A DNA stretch of 64,000 nucleotides from Lytechinus pictus (Eukaryota), in the NCBI RefSeq assembly GCF_037042905.1, contig NC_087251.1, positions 42,596,001 through 42,660,000 on the forward strand, given 5' to 3'. Below, piece after piece: positions 1 through 12,371 of the stretch; the stretch's first letter is position 1; every line of letters starts with the position of its first letter. The notes under the pieces were generated by a model. It was not told the DNA's origin. It searched no databases and saw nothing but the letters and a program-made list of their open reading frames with translations. Position numbers and translations under genes: made by a program.

Positions 1-2648
1 ACAGAGTCGGTCAACATAAGCTCTACCTAAGAGTTGACTCAAGTGCAAGTACTAACACTATCACGGTACGTGCCGCCAAGGCAATATAAAGTTCAAAGTG
101 GGAATCATTAGTGAAATAAACACCAGTAAAACTTGTAGGTTATGGTGAGATTCCAATTAAATGTAAAGGTACACTAGACATAAAATGTTACAGTCTAAAA
201 ATGGTTAAAACAGACATTTTATGTAGCAGATGTCAAGGTTTCAGCTACCCTAGGGTTGTAAGGTTGCACTGACCTTGGAATTATCACAATTCACTCTATG
301 CACAATTATGACACACCTACACCTAACCCCAAACAAACATCTATTACAAGTGATAAGGATCTCAAACAAGCATTTCCAGAGCAATTCGATGCTATTGGTG
401 GTTTCAAAGGAAAAGCGATGCTTCATGTCAAGGACATCGCTAAACCTACCATAGACGCACCACGCAAGTGCAGCACACTTGAAGGACAAGATCAAGGCTG
501 AACTGGACAAGATGGAGCAGCAAGAAGTCACCAGGAAAATCGACTACCACGCCGATTGGTGCATGACCATTGTTGTGAAGAAAGACGGTTCTATCAGAAT
601 TTGTCTTGACCCAAGGAGGTTAACAACGCCTTGAAGAGATGCCCACACAAGGTATCAACCTTAGAGGAGGTCCAACTTACCTTTGAAGGACCGTACTTCT
701 CCAAGTTAGACACAAAAAGGCTGGTTACTGGTCACTTCACCTGACTGAGGAATGCCAAGACCTCACCACATTCCGAACACCATCTGGAAGGTCCAAAGAT
801 TACCATTTGGTTATGCAATAGCCAAGACATCTTCCAGCAGCACATGGATAGGATTGTCCAGAATGTGCCAGGCTGCACATGCATTGCAGATGACATAGCT
901 ATTGTAGGGAGAACGGAGGAGGAACACGACAAGAATCTGTACTTGTTCAAGGAGACAGCAAAGCAAGAAGGCTTAGTGTTCAACAGCTCCAAGTGCACAA
1001 TCACGAAAGAAGCTTTCAACTTCTTTGGCTCCAAGTGCACTAGATCATATATCTACCCAGATCCTAGCAAGGTAGAAGCCAACACATTACCCAAGTACTA
1101 TTACCCAAGGACAAAGAGGATGTTCAGAAATGCCTAATATTGTTCAAATACCTAGCAGCATACATTCCTAATTTCTCGGAGAAGTCAGCACCACTTCGAT
1201 AACTTCTTCACAATGAAGTACCGTTCATCTGGGACGATGATCATGAACATTCCTTGAACAGCATGAAATGCGCAGTATCATCAGGTGCATGTATAAAATT
1301 CTATAACCCAGAGAAAGAGACAACTGTCGAGGTAGATGCATCAATAAAAGATCTAGGAGCATGCCTACTTCAGGAAGGTAACCTGTTGCGTTTGCATCCA
1401 AAGTCTTTCCACTGCACATTCCAACTACTCAAACATAGAGAGGGAAATCTTAGTCCTAGTGTTTGGTATCAAACGCTTCCATACATATCTGTTCGGGAAG
1501 GAATTCACAGTCATAACCAATCACAGACCACTGGAAATTATATGGAAAAATCCTCTTCGAAGTGCACCACCACATCTACAGCAATCTCTTATCAAAGTCC
1601 AAGGAAATAGGTGTCAAGTCAATTACCGACCTGGAAAAGACATGATTCTTTCCGATACGTTGAGTCGACTTTCTAATCCCAAGGAAGCATGCGATGTACC
1701 GCTAGATGTCAGAGTTAAATCCATCTGCTCTGAGGTCAAAGATTCGCATACTATGCGATCGACTTATTACTCTTCGGACAACACAAGAGGACAGAACTTC
1801 AGAGAGAAACGGCTAATGATCCAACTCTCAGATCATTATGGCAGGTAATTACTCAGGGTTGGCCTGAAACAATCCAAGAGTTACCGAAATCCATGAGGCA
1901 GTATTGGTCGTACAGAGATAACATCGGATTATCACATGGAGTTCTCTTCAAGGGAAGTCAAGTCATCGTACCGAAGTGCCTGAGGAATGATATCCTTAGA
2001 CAGCTTCACCTAGGACACATGGGAATCGAAAGTACCAGACAACTTGCTCGTGAGACAGTGTTCTTGCCAAACATCAATAAGGACATCGCCCAGTTGATAA
2101 AGCAGTGTGAAACATGCGAGAAACATCAAGCAAGGCAGCAGAAGTGGAATATCAAGCACATTACTTCTTCTCCACACTATCCAAGATCAAACGGATTAGC
2201 TCAGAGGATGGTTCGTACAGTCAAGAATCTGTTGACAAAATGTTATCAGACTGACCAAGACAGTCAACTAGCAATGATGAACCTGGGAGCAACACCAGTC
2301 GAAAGTAACTTGAGATCACCAGCAGAAATGTTATTTGGTAGACCCATCAGAGCCACATTGCCAAGATACTATTTCTCGAGAGATTCTGCTACCACTGATT
2401 TTCTCTTGAATAGGCAAGACAAGATGAAGGAAGTGCATTATCGACATGCAAGTTCTGATCTACCACCTCTGCATGTAGGACAGCCAGTGGGAGTTCTACA
2501 TCCAAGAGACCACACTTGGATACCAGCTAAAGTATCCAAAGTCTGTGAGGAACCCAGGTCTTACGAAGTATCAAAGCCAAACGGAGGAATCTTGAGAAGA
2601 AACAGATCACACGTGAGGGAAATTCCATCCACCATCCCCACTCCAAAG
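1..2648 (+). mobile_element. Degenerate Ty3/Gypsy pol (PR-RT-RH-IN), frameshifted, with an internal integrase deletion
   Basis: Protease-like LRVDSSASTNTI at ~30-63; RT CIADDIAIVG in ORF 844-1137; RNase H VDASIKDLGACL and FTVITNHRPL; integrase H2C2 (LHLGHMG...CETC) joined directly to SSPHYPRSNGLAQR in ORF 1893-2762. Confidence 0.93.
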
Positions 2649-2740
2649 CAGGGCTCGAAATTAGCGGTTGCCCGGGTGACATTGGCAACCAAAACTGCCA
2701 TCATGGTTGCCCAGATGGCAACCAAGAAAATTCCGGATAT
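2649..2740. mobile_element. Probable left end of a hAT-like DNA transposon truncating the Gypsy pol
   Basis: Integrase similarity stops at CAGGGCTCGAAATT, followed by repeated GGTTGCC/GGCAACC motifs; the matching right end was not found. Confidence 0.45.
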
Positions 2741-3712
2741 TTTCTATTCTCAAAGAGAATAAAAATCTGAATTTTGCAGCAAGCAAAAATGCTTTTCCAG
2801 TTCAAAGTTTACAACTTCTGGATCAGGAATATATCTTTCAAGATCACATTGGCACAAAGTTTTAGCTAAAAAAGATCTCCCGAATCTAGCACATGAGCCT
2901 GCCAATGAGTTCCAAGATTGACTGCCTGTCTGTCAAAGTTGGCTAAGTCCTCCCTAAGAACCATAAAGCTTACATTTTCACATGATATAAGTGGATTGTT
3001 GCAAGTGGTAAAATGCAATTTACAGGAGGCCTTTCCCTGATACTGATTCGTCACCACATTTTCTACTTTTGCGTTTTGGCATGGTTAATATGCTATTGTT
3101 AGTTCACCAATACAAGTCTAAATCTACCATCTTGCACCTAAAAGTGAAAATAGTAAATAGATTAATAACACAACCATACACATCTCATTGTACCAAAAAG
3201 ACATTCCATTTATCATTTTTGGCACTTTAATGTATTCATTCATTTTTGTCAATCAGCAAGATCAAATTTAAAAATTGAGCAATGGGTTGTCTCGAATGAA
3301 TATGTATGACCTGCCACTTGTGATTAGACCCGTGCAACCTGTAAATAGATACAACTTACTCATTATCCACCCTAGAGTCCTAATTCGATTCATATTCCAT
3401 GGTCGAGGGGGTAAAAAAATGTTGATACAGGCTAGAGTGAATTATAAGCCCTCCAGCGTACCTGGCTGCAAGGATCAAACCTCGGTTTTTATTTACCGAA
3501 AGATTTGGTCACCTATCATCCCAAATCACATACTAGCAAACAACCTCACATACCCCAAGCATCCTTTTTTAAAGTGAAGAGAGCTATGATGTAGTCAAAG
3601 TACACATAAGTAATTGCACTGCACAATAATCATTCCCGTTTAAAGTTGTTTATTACAACTATATCATTTCGCTCCAAATGCTATTCATTTCCATGAAAAG
3701 TTTAACAATGAA

Positions 3713-3907
3713 TGTAACGCCCCGGTATCGCCATGGGTTAATAAGGCACAACTTAATATAAAAGAAGTAAATAAACTAGACAACTTTGAGGTTACGTACG
3801 TGTAACTGTCTTTGATAACCATGGCCAAGAGACCAACACAAGGTGGCGCGCTTACACTTTGCAATTGCAACATCGAATCATCACGAAAACTACATACTGG
3901 CGTGACT
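3713..3907 (-). repeat. 3' LTR
   Basis: Plus-strand ends TGTAACGCC...GGCGTGACT form an imperfect inverted pair; abuts the minus-strand polypurine tract AAAAGAGGAGGAAAGGAAAAGG. Confidence 0.8.
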
Positions 3908-5308
3908 GCCTTTTCCTTTCCTCCTCTTTTACGATATAATCTGTATAACAAATATATTATGATTCTTAATTAGCTCACTATTAAATAAAAAGGGTAGATC
4001 TTCGCTGGTGTAAGACTCTGAGAAACCTAGACACCAATGTATCATAATAAGTTGAATATTATTAAACTAACATTTTAACACAACAAAGGTCACAATTCAA
4101 ATAACATCAACTGGCATCACCACTTCCCATCTCTTTTCATCAAAAATGGGGAAAAGACATTTCTGGGCCTTCAAAAGGGGTAAACAATAAATCATTATCC
4201 CTATCTAGGCATCAAATTATTACGAGCAAAAAATCGACCCTAATCTACTCCGAAACACTAGGCTCAATTAATGCTGTGCACTAAAAAACTATTTTCGACA
4301 CAAATTAAACAACCATAAATCTGCACAAAAAGGATGCATATGGGCAAATGGTTCAAATAATGAAATAAATACAATCTATCAGTGCAACGTATCCACATAA
4401 CAGATAAATTAAATACACAGTTCGACAGCCTCATCCTAAATATAAAATATCTGTGTATCATAAAAAGGACGGCACAAAAAGTACCGAATCATGAGTAGTT
4501 CCATACCATCTCAATAAAAGCAGAAAAACTTCCAAAAAGGAAAATGGATCGAAAACAAAATACAATAACGTACCCAAAACTTATGACTGTTTAACTACAT
4601 AAAATTGACACACTCATTATTATTACTAGGCATAGTGCAAAATACACATGAATATACAATGATTGAAAACAAGGGCATATAGATCATTATTCATCACCAG
4701 TATGGCATCATAAAAACATTTTTTTTTAAATACATCCATAAAATCAACGACACTTATAACTGGCAAAATCACTCACCCAAAATACGCCACACAAATCAAT
4801 GACTAACATCATAAAGCGGTTTATTGTGATCAACTAAAATCACACATCAAAATGCAATCCTGCAACATAAAAATTCCTGCAAAGGAATATAATGAAACAT
4901 TTCGACATAAAATCATAATCAAAATCACTATCAATAATATACAGAAAGCACTTTAAAGCATGTTGATCGAAGCGAAATATACCTGCAAATAAACATAAAA
5001 CAAATCATCATGGTAATTGGTAAATAAAATCAATTAGGCATCAGTTGATAACACAAAAGTCAAATCCGAATCAAGTGATGAAACTCCTGTTAGTCTATTC
5101 CACATGATCACATGGGAAAATTGGGAGTCCAATCAAAATAAAAACATATTGTTCACATCTGTAATGGTCACTATCCGACACATAGAGGTACGACCCTGTA
5201 AATTCTTGAGAAAACTAGCAGAGCGGAACTGGGCTTAGGTAACAAATGTCTCTGTACCATCGATAGTTAGGTGATGGAGTCCTAAACCGCGAAGCTCTTC
5301 CACTGGGA

Positions 5309-5530
5309 GAGACAGACCAGCAGGACCATGCCCTGGGTTAGCATGGGGCCGGTCTGGCGGACGAGTGCGACGACAACCTCCAGGGACCAGGACAGACAGA
5401 CCAGCAGCTAGGACCATGCCCTGGACTAGCATGTGGCTGATCTGGCGGACGAGCACAACCTTCAGGGACAGACAGATCAGCAGGACCATGCATGCTCTGG
5501 AATAGCATGGGGCTGACCTGGAGGGCGAGT
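5309..5530. repeat. Three ~80-bp imperfect tandem repeats inside the LTR element
   Basis: Recurring GACAGACCAGCAGGACCATGCCCTGG...TAGCATG.GGC. Confidence 0.75.
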
Positions 5531-5914
5531 ATGGCACGTGACATCGGTCCAAATGGAACGAACATGGCTATAATACTGACTGAGATGCTAGTCGAGTACT
5601 GACAGTCAGTAGTAGCTGACGCTGGCAGGATGGACGATTGAAAGATCTGCAAGACCTACCCATCCACGACACATGGTACTCGCGCCGGACATCGGACAAC
5701 ATGCACAGTGGAGCTACTGCTGCTGAAGCTAGTCGGGCACGAAGACTTAGCGGTTTTGCCGGTGGTATCCCTGTAGCGGTTACTCGCGTCGAAGGTCAGC
5801 AACGAATAGGCCGATGGTGTAACGGACGCGCTATCAACACTTCCGGGAGTGTCAAACCTTTGATCAAGAGGCAGCACGGTACCTCCACGGTTGCTAGCAA
5901 TGCAGCGATCCAGT

Positions 5915-6058
5915 AGCATATCAGGCAACATGTTAGGCAAAGTTGTCACATCAGGCAAAGTCAAGGTATAGGCGTAACTGTAATATCAGACAAAGTCAAG
6001 GTAGGGGAAACTGTCACATCCGGCAAAGTCAAGTTAGACATAACTGTCACATCAAACA
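5915..6058. repeat. ~33-bp tandem repeats (about 4 copies)
   Basis: Recurring TGTCACATCAGGCAAAGTCAAG. Confidence 0.75.
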
Positions 6059-7531
6059 AGGAGTGAGAACCATAGTTCCGACTAAGATCCAAATTAAGGG
6101 ACTCTGTGAAACTGTAGATCACATTGAATCGGCAACAATCCCAAAGTACCAAAGACTGAAAGTCATCAGCAGAAAGTGGAGAGCAACTCGATCTATTCGG
6201 AGTAGTAAAGGCAACATTGCCATGCCAACAATCAATGTAATGAAGTGCAGACGTTCTGAAATCACGCAAACGCGAAACTGGATGAGAACATGAACTGCTT
6301 TCATGAGTGTCTGCAACTCTACACTCATGGAACAATGAAGGCTCACTGGCCTTGATGTCATAACCAGTTACTTCACCGATATTACTACGTCATTTTTCTT
6401 TGTTTCATTTGCACCCGTTATGTGATCAATAGGCACATCATTTCCATAACCACACCAACATAGGCTTCATATCCATTTTCCTCATTACATTGTTTTACAT
6501 CAATTATGTTAGAGTCATGACCCACCATCACTACTCTTGTATCCATCTACATTGTATGGTTTCAATTCACATTTGTCAATTTCAAGCACCTTACCATTAC
6601 TAGTCTCATCTCTTCGATCTTCATTACAAGATTTACAATCATCACATTGATATTCATTCAACTCGCTATCACTTGTCTCATATCCATCATCTCCTTTGTG
6701 TATGTTAGTGTTTACTGGTGTGACTGTGGTCCCTAATGTAACATGATTATCAATCTCATGACCATCATCCATTTCACTCCCATTCATCTCATGCTCCCGA
6801 TCAATGAGAATGTGATTTTTAATTGAATGTATGCCAGCGAGATCAACATCATGAAAACATGGCAGAGCTGCTCGAGATGTCAAACCATAGCAGAAAGTAG
6901 TACCGTCTCCAAACCTGATCAACCGCTTGGAGGGGCGAACCAAAATATCGTTCTGCACCATGAATAGCCCCAGCAACAATACTGCGAGAACCACGCAGGT
7001 AGTCATCATGGACTACCACACCATCAAACCAAAGCTCACAATCATCATACGATAATGTGAACTGAGTCACACCCACAATGTGGGTCTGATCAATCAGACT
7101 AGGTAATGAAATTCCATCAACAAAATAATCATCAAAACCAAAATCATCAACTAGAATCTCAACACCAATATCATCCGCTACAGATTCAGTGATTAAATTG
7201 AGCTGTGATCCGCTCTTCAATTCAATATTAATCCGCGGATTATCAATTGTACGGGCACAAAAACAAGGTTTATTCAATATCTAATTATATGATATATAAT
7301 ATATAAATATATAATATCCTGCCTGGTGGCAGGAAACTGGCGCAACCCTGGTTGCGACGACCTGCTAGCCGAACGCCAGCTCGACGCATCGTGAACGGCT
7401 GCCGCGGCGGTCAACGCGGCCCTGGCCATGGTATATGTGGGACTACACAAATTTATATTATATAGCCCCAATTTATAGGGTTAAATTAACTTGGGAAGGT
7501 TTATTTATACTCGATGGGTGGATACAATCCA

Positions 7532-7541
7532 GCTGCCACCA
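7532..7541 (-). promoter_or_regulatory. Primer-binding site, tRNA-Leu type
   Basis: Minus strand TGGTGGCAGC lies directly after the 5' LTR copy and is complementary to a tRNA 3' end GCUGCCACCA. Confidence 0.65.
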
Positions 7542-7628
7542 CGCCATGGGTTAATAAGGCACAACTTAATGTAAAAGAAGTAATTAAATAAACTAGACAA
7601 CTTTGAGGTTACGTGTAACTGTCTTTAA

Positions 7629-7974
7629 ATAAGGAGCTTTCTATTTGCACGTGGACTGGTGAACTGCGACGAAAGTACGTCATAATAGTCTGCTTTGTGT
7701 TTACGGTATACAGAACCACTGGAGTATATCACCACGGGGCTTCAATCAATGGGCAAGTATGAAATTGCTTGTTTACTACGTTTCGAACGAGCGTGATCTG
7801 AGCGAAATCCACGTTCGTCATCATGAAGTTGACGTGTCAGGAATGGCTTGCACATGCTCAGTGTCTTCCAATCATGTGCTCGACTGACTTTGTATACCAT
7901 CAACACAAAGCAGACTATTATGACGTACTTTCGTCGCAGTTCACTAGTCGACGTGCAAATAGAAAGCTCCTTAT
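7629..7974. mobile_element. MITE with ~80-bp TIRs inserted in the 5' LTR (TTAA or TA TSD)
   Basis: ATAAGGAGCTTTCTATTTGCACGT...ACGTGCAAATAGAAAGCTCCTTAT flanked by TTAA on both sides; absent from the other LTR copy (empty site near 3810). Confidence 0.9.
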
Positions 7975-8074
7975 TTAATAACCATGGCCAAGAGACCAAC
8001 ACAATGTGGCGCGCTTACACTTTGCAATTGCAACATCGAATCGTCATTAAAATGCGAAAACAATATACTAGCGC

Positions 8075-10324
8075 TGCCATAGGTAACTCGTGAGCCATTT
8101 TCAGAATATCCGTGCGGTAACAAGGAGGAAATACTACCTGGTGAATTATACACCAATTATCATCAGCTGTTACGTCTGCGGGGAGGTCTCCACTTCCTCA
8201 TCAAAATGTCATCTTTGACATAAAAGCACTCAGGAACCTTATCAGCCTCAGCCTCATGCAGAACATGCTTTCTGTGACAAGCTTTTCAATTCTGGGTATG
8301 CCTGTTGTGCCTGTACAAGGGAGGATTTACTAAACAAACTATCATTGTTAGCAACAGAGCCTTCAACACTATCCCCATTCAAATCCTTGAAAAAGGTTTC
8401 AGCTAACCAGACATCAGTCATCTCTACTACATCAGTAGATTCCACATCGTCCTTTTCAGCTCTACGAGTCTGAGACCTAGTAACAACACAATCCGAGAAA
8501 ATCCCTGGAAAATCTTCCTGCAACAATTCAGTTTCAGCTTCCTCAACGGGTTTCTCCGAAACCACTGGAGATGCAACAAATCTATCTCCAGCCAAGTCGT
8601 TACCTAACAAGAAATTAACACCTTCCATGGGTAATTCTGGAACGACACCAACAGTCACAGGACCACTAACTAGGTCACACTTTAAGTCGACCTTATGCAA
8701 AGGAACCGACATGAAGTTTGGGCCAATACCTTGAATTAAGCCTTTGGCATTCTCTGAACTCTCCGGAGGAAGAGCCAAATCCCCTGGCACCATCAGGGAC
8801 TGTGCAGCCCCTGTATCCCTAAGGATCACCACTGACCTACCAGCAGCACCGGCCAGTCGAACAAGGGGATACCTCACCATCATACAAAAAGCTTCTAAAG
8901 GTTTCATCAACCTGTTTGACTTTATCAGCAAATACTAGAGAAACACTCTCAACATCTCGATTGGGCTCTGATGGGACAAACTCCATCGAGGGAACACTTG
9001 TTTGCTTGACAAAACCAACATGATTCTTTCAAATTTCCCGATTTATGACAATGAGTACAAACTTTGGAACTACGACTCTCAGACCTTTTGGTTGTTTCTG
9101 TGCCCCAACTAGCCTGATTCTTGTTAGTGTCTTTGTCCTTGCTAGCATATTTTCCCTCACCAGGTTTATTGTGGGATTCAAATGACCCTTTACCTTTCTT
9201 TTTCCAATAATTCTTGAAAGGAGGCCTATCTCCACTACCCTTATGTGCGACCTCAAATTCATCAGCTTCTATGGCTGCTTTACTGACTTCAGTAACTCTA
9301 TGGTCATCTAAGTGAGATTTAATGCCAAAAGGAAGACTCTTTTTGAATTTATCTAGGAGGACAACTTCCCTAAGGTGAACAAAATCTTTGTCAACTTTCT
9401 GTGATCTATACCACTTATCGAACATCATCTCTTGTTTCCTAGAAAATTCAACATACGTCTGGCCTGATTGTCTTCGCATGTTCCTAAACTTATGTCTGTA
9501 CGCTTCTGGTACTAACTCATATGCATTGAGAATTGATACTTTCACTGTAGCATAGTCACATGATTGCATTTCAGAGAGTGATAGACTTTTGCAGCCTTTC
9601 CAATAAAAACGTTTTGGAGGAGAAGAGTCCAGTATTCCTCAGGCCAATTCAGTCTCTTGGCCACTTTTTCAAATGACACAAAATATTATCAACTCCCTCT
9701 TCATCAAATTTTGGCACAAGGCGACTGTTTTTCGCCACATCAAAGCCTTTGGGAGATTTATCTTTAACAGAGTTAGTATTAGTATTTGCATGAGCTAACT
9801 CCATTTCTTTCAATTTCAACTTGTACTCCAATCTCATTTTCTCCATGTCAATGTTTTCTCTGATTCTTTCCTTTTCAAGGTTTTCTTTGATTCTTTCCTT
9901 TTCCAATTCAATTTTTGCCAGTTGGATCTGAGCATCCTCTGACATATTGATTGAAGTTTCAGACTCCTCTGTAAGCTTCATGTGACTAGCTAACAAGTCA
10001 ATTATCTCTGCCTTCTTTAAACCTGGGGCTAGAGATACACCCAAATGATCACAAACTGTTATCAAATCATCTTTCTTCAGTGACTTCAAATGATCATATG
10101 ACAATTCTGTCATTGCAAGAAATTCTTCAACATCAAATGTAGCCATAGTGAATACACATAAATACAAGCAAGTAATAACACAGTACAGTATATTCTAGAA
10201 CTTTCCAAAAATTTCCAAAATGTTTCGAATTCAAATTTGGATTTGTTTCATATTGACTTTCGTCTCAAATTGGGGTTCGATTTCAAATTGGCTTTCGTTT
10301 CCCGGACAAGTCCCCAATATTATT
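8075..10324 (-). mobile_element. Gypsy (Gmr1-like) internal region: gag, CCHC knuckle, protease and start of integrase; degenerate and truncated
   Basis: gag LVPKFDEE, AYELVPEAYRHKFR; knuckle CTHCHKSGNLKESC; protease ILRDTGAAQSL; then VPECFYVKDDILMRKWRP and HQVVFPPCYRTDILKMAHELPMA down to ~8075. Confidence 0.9.
10299..10316 (-). promoter_or_regulatory. Primer-binding site, tRNA-Pro type
   Basis: TGGGGACTTGTCCGGGAA matches the canonical TGGGGGCTCGTCCGGGAT at 15/18 positions, 8 nt from the LTR end. Confidence 0.8.
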
Positions 10325-12371
10325 TGTTACGATACTGCAACAAATAACAAGTAAAAAAATTGAATTTCTTTTTTATTTTATTCCAGGAAATAATTAACCA
10401 TATATACAAACAAATCAAGAAATGATAAGGGTTTTACGTCTCTTGAAATCAGTTCTAGTGTTATTCCAAATTTATGATCCAAATGATAAAATCCCAGTTG
10501 GCTGGCGAAAATTCACAATGATGACGATGATGAAACTGATGTTGAAGCCCGATGAATAACAAGAGTCACTGTAACGAGTTGAAATGTCCGTAAAGACGAT
10601 GTTGACGATGATTAACAGTCAATTTCAGCAATCCAAAGCGTTCATTGAACAGGTTGATGATGTTGATGATCTCGATGAGAACTGAGAATTCCTCTCTCAA
10701 AATAAGTGCAAACAGTTCATTGATGGCGGGCAAATAATTCCACAGAAGATAGATATTCCAGGTGGAAATAAACTCGGCTCTGACATAAAGTCTGGCGTGA
10801 AACTCTGAGTTCTGATCTGATGTGATGAAGTGATCTGATATGATCAAGTGATCTAATATCAGGGGCGGATCCAGCTTTTTATAAAGGGGGGGTTGGGGTG
10901 GTATGCGAGGGAGCGTAGCGACCGAGTCCAAGCGAGCGGAGCGAGCGAGGGGGGAGGGTGTGGGAGGGGGGTGTCCCCCCTCCCACAGTAGGGAAAATTT
11001 TTGAAAATCTGTGTGTGAAAATGGCGTTTTCTTGCATTACAAGTTTAAAAAAAAAGATAAGATTTAAAAAAATGGTCCCCGGTTTTTTTTTGGGGGGGGT
11101 TGCAACCCCCCCAACCCCCCCTCTAGATCCGCTTCTGAATATGATATGATGAAGTCCTTGTAGAAACTGCAGCTTATGTATGCACATTTCAACTATTCTA
11201 GATCATTCTAGTATTCACTATTCTAGAGGCTTCTATATAGTATTCACTATTATGGAAGGTTCTAGTATTGTCTTTAAAAAACATTTTCCTTTCAGGAGCA
11301 GTCAAATTCCAGAAGACTCTTGAATGACCTCATTGAAATCAATACACAGCTAATCCTGTTGTTCATTTCCACTAACACTGGAATCCTATTGTTTGCTTTT
11401 CCCTATTCAAAAATAAAACTCCTTGGCCTTTAAATAGGCAAGAGACCTGCAGAACAAAAGCTTTTTACAAACACGTTCTCGAATGTTCTTTATCATTCTT
11501 GGCTATGGATATCCTTAAAGAGGAAATAACTAAATAAATGAACATAATTGCTCTTACAATTCTTCTTATATATAACATAAGCATCAACAGAATATATAGA
11601 TAGTATTAATTCATCAGCATCCTAGAAAAATTGACATAAATTCACTCCTGAAAAATACTGAAATACAACCATTCGATCACGGCAATATATTTGTGATAAT
11701 TATTTAAAGCCGGAAATTGTTAAAAACTCACAACGTACAATTATGCCTATTATTAAAGTTACAGAAAACAAGCTTTTCATTATTGCAACAAAATTTGTAT
11801 CAAAAATTCAGACCAAAATAACCTTTTAGATTGCAGAATTTAATATTTCTCTTTTTTTAAAGCTGAAATATACTGATAAAATATAAAATAGACTCACCAC
11901 CATTGTCGGTAGGAAAACTCCAAAATAAAACTGAGGGTCATTTCTTCCTTGCTCCTCAGAAAACAACCTCTCTCAAAGAGTAACAAAATGAAAGTTAAGT
12001 GATCCTACTCTCTGTGCACAGCAATTAGGTGCACTGTACAATCAATGGACCTCGGGCGGGTCTTGGAATGTTAAGTGTTTATTCCAACTGTTACTAGAAC
12101 CTGGAACCTACAAGCTGAATACATTATAGCCCTTCCTATTCAAAATAATTAAACACATAGGTTGATATTACACAACTCAATCGATAACACTGCCATCACA
12201 AGGCCAAAATGAGTAATTTATCATTACTTTTTAAATTTAGATTTTCTTTATTTAAGCACATTTTTCAGGATTACAACATTTATCAATTTTTCCTTTTAAC
12301 ATTTTCTATGTTAAATAAACAAATTTTAGAATTTGGCTTTAGTTAAAAAATAAATAGAATTGCTTGTGACA
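10325..12371 (-). repeat. Putative 5' LTR of the Gmr1-like element (~2 kb including a MITE)
   Basis: TGTTAC at 10325 next to the PBS; GTGACA at 12366-12371 where an unrelated repeat begins; no second copy in the window to confirm the far end. Confidence 0.55.
10860..11137. mobile_element. CAGGGGCGGATC-type MITE with 5-bp TSD
   Basis: CAGGGGCGGATC...GATCCGCTTCTG, flanked by AATAT on both sides. Confidence 0.8.

Larger units (their letters stand above)
3713..8074 (-). mobile_element. Non-autonomous LTR retroelement with ~195-bp LTRs and a decayed retropepsin
   Basis: Direct repeats at 3713-3907 and 7542-~8074 (the second interrupted by a MITE); PBS at 7532-7541; purine tract at ~3908-3930; protease-like LKSGSQLNLI...FMVQNDILVRPSKRLI split over ORFs 6849-7277 and 6515-7009. 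Confidence 0.8.
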
